Source: an uncultured Gemmatimonadales bacterium (GTDB taxonomy: Bacteria > Gemmatimonadota > Gemmatimonadetes > Gemmatimonadales > GWC2-71-9). Taken from it: a DNA stretch of 64,000 nucleotides. The notes below the pieces were generated by a model. It was not told the origin of the DNA and searched no databases. It saw only the letters and a program-made list of their open reading frames with translations. A program made the position numbers and the translations under genes. This document shows positions 1-7,634 of this stretch, piece by piece. Where the stretch lies: positions 11,367-75,366 of the forward strand of contig CAVQSR010000001.1 in NCBI GenBank assembly GCA_963716055.1, written 5' to 3'. The stretch's first letter is position 1; every line of letters starts with the position of its first letter.

Positions 1-472
1 TGGAGGCCGACAAGGTCCGCGACGGATTGACGCCGGTCCCCATACGAATGCGACTCGCCGTTTGCCGCGATTCGGCGATCCTCGAGCGAATGAAGGGCAT
101 TCCGGGGTCAGCGGCGTCGGAGTTGTCGCCAAACGACCGCCGGGCGCTCAAGGCGCTAGCGGCAGGCACCGTACAAGAACACGGGGCGACAGCATGCGAA
201 TGGCGCGCCGCCACGGCTGGCCGTGGTTCCTCCCAACTTGCGAACGGAACTCTTCCGCAGTCGGAACCGACTGATCAATCTGGGCCTCGTAGAGAAGGGA
301 GACGGGCGGGAATCGTTACTCGTTGACCGAACGTGGCTTGGCCACGATTCCTCCAAACTCCCACGGGCTCCCAAGTCGCTCCTTTGGGAGACCTGTTTCC
401 TCCCACCCACCGGGGGGGCTCTGTAAGGCCCCCGGTGGGAGAGAGACCCCAGCTTCAGGCGAGTCTCGGTGA
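1..472 (+). pseudogene. 3' end of a probable AAA_25/RepA-like helicase with C-terminal winged HTH (5'-truncated by the window edge, two apparent frameshifts near 250 and 310)
   Basis: Stitched frames read EADKVRDGLTPVPIRMRL...LSPNDRRALKAL...GATACEW / FRSRNRLINLGLVEKGDG / NRYSLTERG... to TGA 470-472; lies upstream of excisionase and integrase. Confidence 0.4.
406..439. repeat. 11-bp perfect inverted repeat (CCCACCGGGGG...CCCCCGGTGGG)
   Basis: Arms at 406-416 and 429-439, read directly. Confidence 0.8.
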
Positions 473-499
473 GCGCGCCGTGCGCAACCAGGCCTTCGA

Positions 500-877
500 T
501 TGACCGTGAGTCTGTTGGGCCTGCCTTCAACCTGGCGCGCTCGCGCTGAACAGCTCCGCCCTTACGCACCGAGCGTTGCCAAGGCGTTCGACCAGGCTGC
601 GACGGAGCTCGAAGAAGCAGTCCAGATTGCGGCGAACGCCGTGCTGACCCTCCAACAGGCGGCCGAGTGTTCCGGCTACTCCACCGACCACCTCCGTCGG
701 CTGATTCGGGAGCGTCGTCTCCGAAACGTTGGTCGCAAACACGCTCCGCGATTGCTCCAGGGCGACCTCCCACGCAAGCAGCAACGGTTTGACGGGCCCT
801 CGATTCCGGAGTACGATCCCGTTGCCGATGCTCGTCGGGTGACCGATCTCCGTGCTCACCGTGGAGGTGAGACATGA
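500..877 (+). CDS. Excisionase-like helix-turn-helix protein
   Basis: LTLQQAAECSGYSTDHLRRLIRERRL HTH_17-like motif; ATGA overlap with integrase start at 874. Confidence 0.75.
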   Translation: MTVSLLGLPSTWRARAEQLRPYAPSVAKAFDQAATELEEAVQIAANAVLTLQQAAECSGYSTDHLRRLIRERRLRNVGRKHAPRLLQGDLPRKQQRFDGPSIPEYDPVADARRVTDLRAHRGGET

Positions 878-2188
878 CACGGAAACGGTTTCCTGATCCG
901 GTACGGACGCCGTGGCACAGGAACGAGAGCGGCTGCTGGTCCCTCTCGCTCGGATGGCGTGGGTGCCGCGTCCGCGTAGCACAGCGCCAGCCCGGTGGGA
1001 TCTTCCATCGGGTGGTCTGGATCCCGGGGCGCGGGCGAGATTACACCTCCCTGGAGACCCCAGATCGCACCGAGGCGCAAGGCCGAGCGGAAACGTTCCT
1101 CAAAGCTCTGATTGCCAACGACGGTACGATCCCGCCCGCACCCCTCACGCTGGGGGAACTCGTCACCAAGTACCAGCAGGAGGCCCCCGCGTATCAGGAA
1201 AACACCAAGACCACTCGAGATCAGAAGCGCGCCTCGGCCGGTCGTCTCATCGCCTTCTTCGGCGCCGAGCAACGGGTGACACACCTCACTCCGAACGACA
1301 TCGCTCGCTTCGTGGTGGCTCGCCGTGCCGGCCTCCGCGTGAACGGTCGGGTGTACGAGCCGGTCGGGACAACGCCATTCGTCACGACCTGGCGGTGCTC
1401 CGAACGATGGTCCTTTGGGCCACTCGGGAGCGCGGGCCCGATGGAGCGTTCGTGCTGGCTGAGAACCCGCTGCGAGGCGTCAAGCTCCCTCGGGAGCAAG
1501 ATCCCCGGCGTCCCGTGGCGACGTTTGATCGCTTCGAGAAGGTGAAGCGGGCGATGCAAGAGCTCTCCACGACCGCACCGCAGGGTCGTGGGCGAGGTCG
1601 CTGGCTTCGCGCTGAACTGGCGCTCGTGCTGGTGGAGGCAACCGGGCGACGCATCGGGGCCATCCGGGGACTGCGGTGGTCGGACATCAGCTTCGACGCG
1701 CCGAGCATCAGATGGCGGGCGGGGTTCGACGAGCGTCGGCGCGAGCGGGTCGTCCGATTCCCGAGGAGCTGGCGCAGGTTCTACGTGGTTTTCAGTTGCG
1801 GCTGGGTGCGGTCGGGGACGCTTGGTTGTTCCCGTGCACGGGGAAGGACCAGCCGTGGCCTCGGGAGATCTTCCTTCAACTCCTGACCCGGGCCGAGCGT
1901 CACGCCGGTGTCGAGCACGTCCACGGGGGCGGCTGGCACATGTACCGCAGAAAGTGGGCGACCGAGCGGGAAGATCTGCCGCTCAAAGCCCTGATGGAAG
2001 CCGGCGGGTGGAAGGACCTGCAGACGTTGGTCACGTGCTACCAGCACCCGAGCGACGAGTCGATCCTCCGGGTGATGGCGCACCCGGTGAAGCTCCGGGA
2101 GCGGAAGACGGCGGCAGCGCGTGAGAAACTGCTGCGAAACGGCTGCAACTGGGTCAGAGAGGACGAAGCGCGACGCGAGTCATCGTGA
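874..2188 (+). pseudogene. Tyrosine recombinase/phage integrase, split by frameshifts at ~1370 and ~1755 (possibly sequencing errors)
   Basis: Three overlapping ORFs supply the N-terminal/core-binding part, ATGRRIGAIRGLRWSDI (catalytic R), and HMYRR, GGW, CY (H-x-x-R, W, Y). Confidence 0.85.
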
Positions 2189-2200
2189 TATCGCGCTTCG
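2164..2200 (-). terminator. Stem-loop just downstream of tRNA-Gln, overlapping the integrase stop
   Basis: CGAAGCGCGA (2164-2173) / TCGCGCTTCG (2191-2200), 10-bp perfect stem; no clear U-tract. Confidence 0.5.
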
Positions 2201-2202
2201 AG

Positions 2203-2275
2203 TTGCCCCTCCTGGGATCGAACCAGGACTCTCCTGATCCAGAGTCAGGCGTGTTGCCAGTTACACCAAGGGGCA
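2203..2275 (-). tRNA. tRNA-Gln (anticodon CTG), CCA not encoded
   Basis: TGCCCCT/AGGGGCA acceptor stem, CCTGA-CTCTGGA-TCAGG anticodon arm, GGTTCGATCCC T-arm. Confidence 0.96.
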
Positions 2276-2332
2276 TCGGAGCCCAAACTACCACCGGTCG
2301 CAGGCTCGGGCTCTGGGAACGTACTGAAAACT

Positions 2333-2453
2333 GCGTGGTGAGTGGTATGTGGTTCGCTCCGGGCCAATCGCCACCCCGCGCGTCGGGTCGCTCGACGGAC
2401 CAGCGACAGACCCCGAACGGAGCGAACCACTCACCACATACCACATACCACGC
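2333..2453. repeat. Heptamer tandem-repeat palindrome (GTGGT-type left arm, ACCAC-type right arm) between the tRNAs
   Basis: CGTGGTG AGTGGTA TGTGGTT CGCTCCG ... CGGAGCG AACCACT CACCACA TACCACA TACCACG. Confidence 0.8.
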
Positions 2454-2514
2454 CTTTGTCTATCCGAGGCCGGCCTCGCCCCAAGCCCGCAATGCCGGCC
2501 AGCCTCCGATGCAA

Positions 2515-2587
2515 TGGAGCTGAGGGGGCTCGAACCCCTGACCTCCTGGGTGCGATCCAGGCGCTCTCCCAGCTGAGCTACAGCCCC
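2515..2587 (-). tRNA. tRNA-Ala (anticodon CGC), CCA not encoded
   Basis: GGGGCTG/CAGCTCC acceptor stem with G3:U70, CCTGG-ATCGCAC-CCAGG anticodon arm, GGTTCGAGCCC T-arm. Confidence 0.96.
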
Positions 2588-2598
2588 GCGGAAAGTCC

Positions 2599-2627
2599 AA
2601 CCTAGACGGGGCCTCCCCCCCCTGCAA
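2599..2627 (-). promoter_or_regulatory. Sigma70-type promoter for tRNA-Ala
   Basis: TTGCAG-N17-TAGGTT ending 11 nt before the tRNA 5' end. Confidence 0.6.
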
Positions 2628-2705
2628 CCCCTGGGAATAGTGGAAGAAGGGAGCGGGAAGGCTGCGTCTGGCGCGCCTCGCCTCGCCTCGTATGTTCCCA
2701 GTCCC

Positions 2706-3134
2706 ATGCGACCCGTCTCCGCCACCCGCGTCACCCAACTCTCGGCCCCGATCGAGAAGGTGTTCGGGCTGCTCACCGACCCGCGCGCCATCTCCCAATG
2801 GCTCCCGGGCGCCGACGACGTCGCCGCCACCGGTCCCCTGAACCGCGGCGACCAGATCAACGTCCGCTTCGGCAACCGCCTCGTGGTCCTCGAAGTCGTG
2901 GACTGCAAAGCCCCCTACACGTTCGGCTGGGTCGAACGCGAAGGCCGCCGCGGCGTGAAGACGTTTTTTCGCCTGGACTGGGCCGGCGGCTCGACCGCCG
3001 TCACCGTGCGCGACGTGTGGGAACCACCCTCGATCGGCGCCTGGCTCCACGGCACCATCGGCGGCAAACGGCGGCCGGATCTGCAGATCGAACGGATCAT
3101 GACGGGTCTGCGGGTGGCGCTGGCGGAGAGCTGA
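2706..3134 (+). CDS. SRPBCC/START-like domain protein
   Basis: APIEKVFGLLTDPRAISQWLPG N-terminal signature; ATG 2706 preferred. Confidence 0.8.
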   Translation: MRPVSATRVTQLSAPIEKVFGLLTDPRAISQWLPGADDVAATGPLNRGDQINVRFGNRLVVLEVVDCKAPYTFGWVEREGRRGVKTFFRLDWAGGSTAVTVRDVWEPPSIGAWLHGTIGGKRRPDLQIERIMTGLRVALAES

Positions 3135-3137
3135 GAC

Positions 3138-4055
3138 TTATTCGCGGAACCCCACCTCCACCACCATCCCATCCTTCGCCACCACCGTCTCGCGAAACAC
3201 CTCGCGCGCTTCCTTTAGGAGCTCCTCGGAGTTGGCCGAGTAACGGGCCGAAACGTGCGACAGCACGAGCCGGCCCACCCGCGCCGCCAACGCGACCTGG
3301 GCCGCCTCGCGCGCCGTCGAATGCCCCGTCTCACGCGCGCGCTCCTTCTCTTCCTCCGAGAACGTGGCCTCGTGCACCAGGAGATCCGCACCCGTAGCGG
3401 CATCCACCACCGCGGCACTCGGCCGCGTGTCGCCCGTGATCACGACCGCCCGGCCGGGCCGCGGCGGACCGACCAGCTCCTCGGGCCGCACCGACCGGCC
3501 GTCGGGCAGCTCGATGGTCTCGCCCTTGTGAATCCGGCCCCACAGCGGGCCCTCGGGAATCCCCATCGCCGTGGCCTTGTCGGGATCGAACCGCCCCAAC
3601 CGCTGATGCTCGCGCAACGCGTACCCCACCGCGCCCGGCCCGCCGTGCTCGGTGGCGAACACGTGCAGGTCGTAGCCGTCGCGGTTCAAGGCGTCGCCCG
3701 GCTTGAGCTCTTCGATCTCGACCCCGAACGGCGCGCGCTCGACGCCGAGCCCCACCGCCTCGCTCAGCATCTTCTTCGCCCCCCGCGGCCCGTACAGCCG
3801 CATCGGCTCGACGCGCGCCTGGAGCCCGAGCGTGCGGATCAGCCCGATCACGCCCAGGAAATGATCGGCGTGGAAGTGCGTGAAGAAGATGTCGGACAGC
3901 GTGAACCCCACCCCGAAGCGCATCATCTGGCGCTGGGTGCCTTCGCCGCAGTCGAACAGCATCGTCTCGCCCTCGCGCTGCAGGCAGATCGAGGAGACGT
4001 TGCGTTCGACGGTGGGGCGGGCGGCGGCGGTGCCGAGGAAGGTGAGGGAGAGCAT
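3138..4055 (-). CDS. rnz: Ribonuclease Z
   Basis: LTFLGT, DCGEGTQ, THFHADH, GP flexible arm, TGDT, HEATF, GHST, HVSARY motifs. Confidence 0.96.
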   Translation of the reverse strand: MLSLTFLGTAAARPTVERNVSSICLQREGETMLFDCGEGTQRQMMRFGVGFTLSDIFFTHFHADHFLGVIGLIRTLGLQARVEPMRLYGPRGAKKMLSEAVGLGVERAPFGVEIEELKPGDALNRDGYDLHVFATEHGGPGAVGYALREHQRLGRFDPDKATAMGIPEGPLWGRIHKGETIELPDGRSVRPEELVGPPRPGRAVVITGDTRPSAAVVDAATGADLLVHEATFSEEEKERARETGHSTAREAAQVALAARVGRLVLSHVSARYSANSEELLKEAREVFRETVVAKDGMVVEVGFRE

Positions 4056-4058
4056 GGG

Positions 4059-4146
4059 CGGTAGAAGTCGGTAGAGGGCGGTAGGGGTCGGTAGAAGGTA
4101 GCTCCAACCTCTACCGTCTTCTACCGCCTTCTACCGTCTTCTACCG
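4059..4146. repeat. 10-mer tandem-repeat palindrome (4x CGGTAG-core, 4x CTACCG-core)
   Basis: CGGTAG at 4059/4069/4079/4089 and CTACCG at 4111/4121/4131/4141; contains the mlaD stop. Confidence 0.9.
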
Positions 4147-5047
4147 TAACCGCCTTGTACCGTCGTCTCAAAAGACCTTCACGGTCGGCAAGGTACCGCC
4201 CGGGCCTCATCTTGAAGTCCACCAGCACGGAGTCCAATGAAGCAAGGACGTGGGACAGGTTCACGTACAGCGAGCTGTCCGTCGCCAGCCGCCCCAGCGT
4301 TCCCTCCCCCCGCCGCATCATGGCCAGCAGGCTGTCGAGCGACGCCGTGGAGCGGGCCAGGCTGGCCGAGACGGCGGTGAGGTTGGCGGTGAGCGAATCG
4401 ATCCGCGCGCCGCTCGCGCCGCCCAGCGTCGAGTCGAGCCGCACCAGGAGCTGCTCGGTGGCCGCGAGGGTGGCGGTGGTCTGGGGCACGAGCGGCCCGG
4501 TGCCCACCTGGGCCAGGGCGTCCATCGCGCGGCGCAGGGCGACCATGGTGAGGTGGAGGTCTTCGCCCAGGCGCGAGGAGACCAGGGCGTTGGCGCTGTC
4601 GAGCAATTCGTTCGCCCGCACGCCGATCCCCGCCGCGATGTCGCTCAGCTCGGGCGTGCGGCTGCCGGTGAGCACGCGGTCGGCGGGCAGCGGCTCCTCG
4701 CGCTGCCCCGGGAAGTAGTCCACGAACTTGGCGCCGAAGAAGTCGAGCGCGCCCACCGACGCCGACGCGTCGATGCGCGGCGTCATGTCGCGGTCCACCC
4801 GGAACACGACCAGCACCCGGCCGGGCCGCTCGAGCCGCACCGAGGCGACGCTGCCCTTCTTGATCCCCGACACCATCACGGGATCCCCCGCCCCGAGCCC
4901 CGCCGCGCTCTCGAGCACCATCTGCACCGGCACGCCCTCACCCCCGACCTTGCGGTCGGTGAGCCAGAACATCATCCCGCCGAACAGGACGACGCCCGCG
5001 ATCACCATGAGGCCGACACCGACTTCCTGCTTATAACTGAGTTCCAT
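4121..5047 (-). CDS. mlaD: MCE/MlaD family lipid transport protein
   Basis: N-terminal TM, GLGAGDPVMVSGIKKGSV MCE motif, helical region, GTLGRLATD. Confidence 0.9.
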   Translation of the reverse strand: MELSYKQEVGVGLMVIAGVVLFGGMMFWLTDRKVGGEGVPVQMVLESAAGLGAGDPVMVSGIKKGSVASVRLERPGRVLVVFRVDRDMTPRIDASASVGALDFFGAKFVDYFPGQREEPLPADRVLTGSRTPELSDIAAGIGVRANELLDSANALVSSRLGEDLHLTMVALRRAMDALAQVGTGPLVPQTTATLAATEQLLVRLDSTLGGASGARIDSLTANLTAVSASLARSTASLDSLLAMMRRGEGTLGRLATDSSLYVNLSHVLASLDSVLVDFKMRPGRYLADREGLLRRRYKAVTVEDGRRR

Positions 5048-5825
5048 CGCCGCTCGCCTCGTCCCGGGAGGACGCGTGCTGGGTCAGGGTCATCTCGAAG
5101 TCACGCTCGAGGAACTGCTGCACGAGGGGGTCCTTCGACGCCAGGATCTCCTCCGACGTGCCCACGGCGCGGATCTTGGCCTGCGCCAACAGGGCGATCC
5201 GGTCCGCCACGCGGAACGAGCCGCGCACGTCGTGCGTCACCACGACGCTCGTGACGCCGATCTCGGCCTGGAGCCGCTCCACCAGCCCGTCGATCACGTC
5301 GGCGTTCACCGGATCGAGGCCCGACGTGGGCTCGTCGTACAACAGATACGTCGGCGCGCCCGCGATGGCGCGCGCGATGCCGACCCGCTTGCGCATCCCG
5401 CCCGACAGCTCGGCGGGAAACTTGCGCAGCACCTCGGGCTGGAGGTTGACGAGCCGCAGGCACTCGCGCACCCGGTCGTGACAGTACTTGAGGTCGCGGA
5501 ACTGCTCGTCGTTGGTGATGCCGAGCCGGATGTTCTCGAACACGTCCATCGAGTCGAACAGCGCGCCGTTCTGAAACACGTAGCCGATGTGCGAGCGCAG
5601 CTGCGACAGCTCCTTGCGCTTGAGCTTGGCGACGTTCAAGCCGTCCACGATCACTTCGCCCGAGTCGGGCTTGATGAGCCCGATGATGTGCTTGAGGAGG
5701 ACGCTCTTGCCCACGCCCGAGGGGCCGAGCAGCGCCACCGTCTCACCCTGGCGCACCTCGAGGTCGACCCCGTCGAGCACGACGTTGTCCAGGAACCGCT
5801 TGGAGACGTTCTTGAGCTCGATCAC
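5031..5825 (-). CDS. mlaF: MlaF-type ABC ATP-binding protein
   Basis: GPSGVGKS Walker A, LSGGMRKR, YDEPTSGLDP; GTG start overlaps the mlaE stop. Confidence 0.92.
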   Translation of the reverse strand: MIELKNVSKRFLDNVVLDGVDLEVRQGETVALLGPSGVGKSVLLKHIIGLIKPDSGEVIVDGLNVAKLKRKELSQLRSHIGYVFQNGALFDSMDVFENIRLGITNDEQFRDLKYCHDRVRECLRLVNLQPEVLRKFPAELSGGMRKRVGIARAIAGAPTYLLYDEPTSGLDPVNADVIDGLVERLQAEIGVTSVVVTHDVRGSFRVADRIALLAQAKIRAVGTSEEILASKDPLVQQFLERDFEMTLTQHASSRDEASGDGTQL

Positions 5826-6625
5826 TGGCCGAGCAGCACCTTGGCGAGGGTGGTGTCGAGCAGCAGGATGGTGACCGACGCGGACACCACCGCCGTCGTG
5901 GTCGCGCGGCCGACGCCCTCGGCGCCCTGCTGGGTGTGGTACCCGATGTAGCAGGGGATGATGGTGACGGCGAGCGAGAAGAAGTACGCCTTGATGAGCG
6001 AGTACCACAGGTCGAACGGTCCCTTGAAGAAGAACCGCGCGCCGTAGGTGAAGTCGGCCCACGTGAGGTCGAGCGTGGCGGCGCTCGCGAAGTAGCCCGA
6101 GGCGATGCCGGCGGCGTTGGCGATCACCGTGAGCGCCGGGATCACGAGGATGCCCGACAGGATGCGGGGCAGCAGCAGGTGCGTCACGGGCGAGCGGCCC
6201 AGGCTCTCGAGCGCGTCGATCTGCTCGGTGACGCGCATGGTGCCCAGCTCGGCGGCGTAGCGCGCGCCGATGCGGCCCGCCAGGATCAGGCCGGTGAGCA
6301 CGGGCCCGAGCTCGAGGATCACGCCCGAGCTGACCACGCCGCCCGCGTAGTACACCGGCACGAACCCGCCCTGGAGCTGATAGCCGCTCTGCAGCGCGGT
6401 CACCGCGCCCGCGAACCCCGCCACGAGCAGCACGATCGCGAGACTGCCGTAGCCGATGTCCATCGCCTGCACGACCGTGCGGGGCAGCCAGATGCGCCAC
6501 TCGGCGAGGCCGCGGACCAGCTCGACCAGGAGCGCGAAGAAGCGGCCGGCGTGCGCCGCGCTGCGCAGCGCCCCGCGCCCCACGTGACGGCGCAGGTCGA
6601 TCGCGGCGGCTAGGCTGGGACGCAC
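5822..6625 (-). CDS. mlaE: MlaE-type ABC permease
   Basis: ELGPVLTGLILAGRIGARYAAELGTMRVTEQIDALE, GAEGVGRATT; start uncertain. Confidence 0.92.
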   Translation of the reverse strand: MRPSLAAAIDLRRHVGRGALRSAAHAGRFFALLVELVRGLAEWRIWLPRTVVQAMDIGYGSLAIVLLVAGFAGAVTALQSGYQLQGGFVPVYYAGGVVSSGVILELGPVLTGLILAGRIGARYAAELGTMRVTEQIDALESLGRSPVTHLLLPRILSGILVIPALTVIANAAGIASGYFASAATLDLTWADFTYGARFFFKGPFDLWYSLIKAYFFSLAVTIIPCYIGYHTQQGAEGVGRATTTAVVSASVTILLLDTTLAKVLLGQ

Positions 6626-6663
6626 GTACGCTGGCTCATGGGTGCGTGTATCTTGGGGTCCCC

Positions 6664-7482
6664 ATGGGCCGGAAGTCTACCCCTCGCAGCCGCACCACCA
6701 CCCCACCGCCCCGGGGACGAGGGACGGGGGACGAGGGACGAGCGCGCCGGTTGCATGCCCCGTCCCCCGTCCCGCGTCCCCCGTCCCCTGGCGTGCTCCG
6801 TTCCTTCCGCTCGCGTCTGCTGCGCTGGTTTGCGAAGCACGGCCGCGACCTCCCCTGGCGCCGCACGCGCGATCCCTACCACGTCGCGGTGAGCGAGTTC
6901 ATGCTGCAGCAGACCCAGGTGACGCGCGTGCTCGAGTACTACCCGCGGTTCCTCGCGCGCTTCCCCACCATCGATAAGCTCGCCCGGGCGCGGCCCACGG
7001 CGGTGCGCGAGGCGTGGGACGGCCTGGGCTACTACGCGCGCGCGCGCAACCTGCACGCGCTGGCACGGACCGTCGTGCGCGATCACGACGCGACGCTGCC
7101 CCAAGATCCCGCGGAGCTGATCGCGCTGCCGGGCGTGGGCCGCTACACGGCGGGCGCGATCGCGACGTTCGCCTACGAGCGGCCCGCGGCGGCGGTCGAT
7201 ACTAACGTGGCGCGGGTGATTGAGCGGTACTTTTTGGGAGACGGGGGACGGGGGACGAGGGACCGGGCCACCCCTCCCCCGTCCCCCGTCCCCCGTCCCC
7301 CGAGCGCCGTTCTTTGGCGCCTCGCGGAAACCCTCGTGCCCCGCACCGGCCGACGCGCGTGGGAGTTCAATCAGGGCCTGATGGAGCTGGGCGCGGTGGT
7401 GTGCACGGCGCGCAAGCCGAAATGCGGGGAGTGTCCGATGCGGCGGGGGTGCAGGACGGGCGCCCGTGTCGTCCCGGGCTGA
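6664..7482 (+). CDS. mutY: A/G-specific adenine glycosylase (short form, with two in-frame repeat insertions)
   Basis: RDLPWR, SEFMLQQT, WDGLGYYARARNL, HhH LPGVGRYTA, VDTNV, 4Fe-4S motif CTARKPKCGECPMRRGC. Confidence 0.9.
   Translation: MGRKSTPRSRTTTPPPRGRGTGDEGRARRLHAPSPVPRPPSPGVLRSFRSRLLRWFAKHGRDLPWRRTRDPYHVAVSEFMLQQTQVTRVLEYYPRFLARFPTIDKLARARPTAVREAWDGLGYYARARNLHALARTVVRDHDATLPQDPAELIALPGVGRYTAGAIATFAYERPAAAVDTNVARVIERYFLGDGGRGTRDRATPPPSPVPRPPSAVLWRLAETLVPRTGRRAWEFNQGLMELGAVVCTARKPKCGECPMRRGCRTGARVVPG
6713..6788. repeat. Heptamer palindrome 4x(RGGGACG)...4x(CGTCCCS) in the mutY 5' region
   Basis: Read directly; encodes RGRGTGDEG...PSPVPRPPSP. Confidence 0.9.
7237..7300. repeat. Heptamer palindrome inside mutY
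   Basis: GGAGACG GGGGACG GGGGACG AGGGACC ... CCTCCCC (CGTCCCC)x3; encodes GDGGRGTRD...PSPVPRPP. Confidence 0.9.
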
Positions 7483-7634
7483 AGCCCGGGCTCGGCGTAA
7501 TGCGCGTCCCGTGGGGACGCACCCCCGGCCGAACGCGCGCGCTCAGCGCGCGTCCGGAAACACGCCGGCGCCGCGCCCGTCGCATCATCTCCGCTTCCGG
7601 CCTACATTTGCGGGACCCCTGACCGGACGCCGCA

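Larger units (their letters stand above)
1..2202. mobile_element. Right end of an integrative element inserted at the 3' end of tRNA-Gln
   Basis: Helicase remnant, xis and integrase end 14 bp from the tRNA 3' end; more A/T-ending codons than the flanking core genes. Confidence 0.7.
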
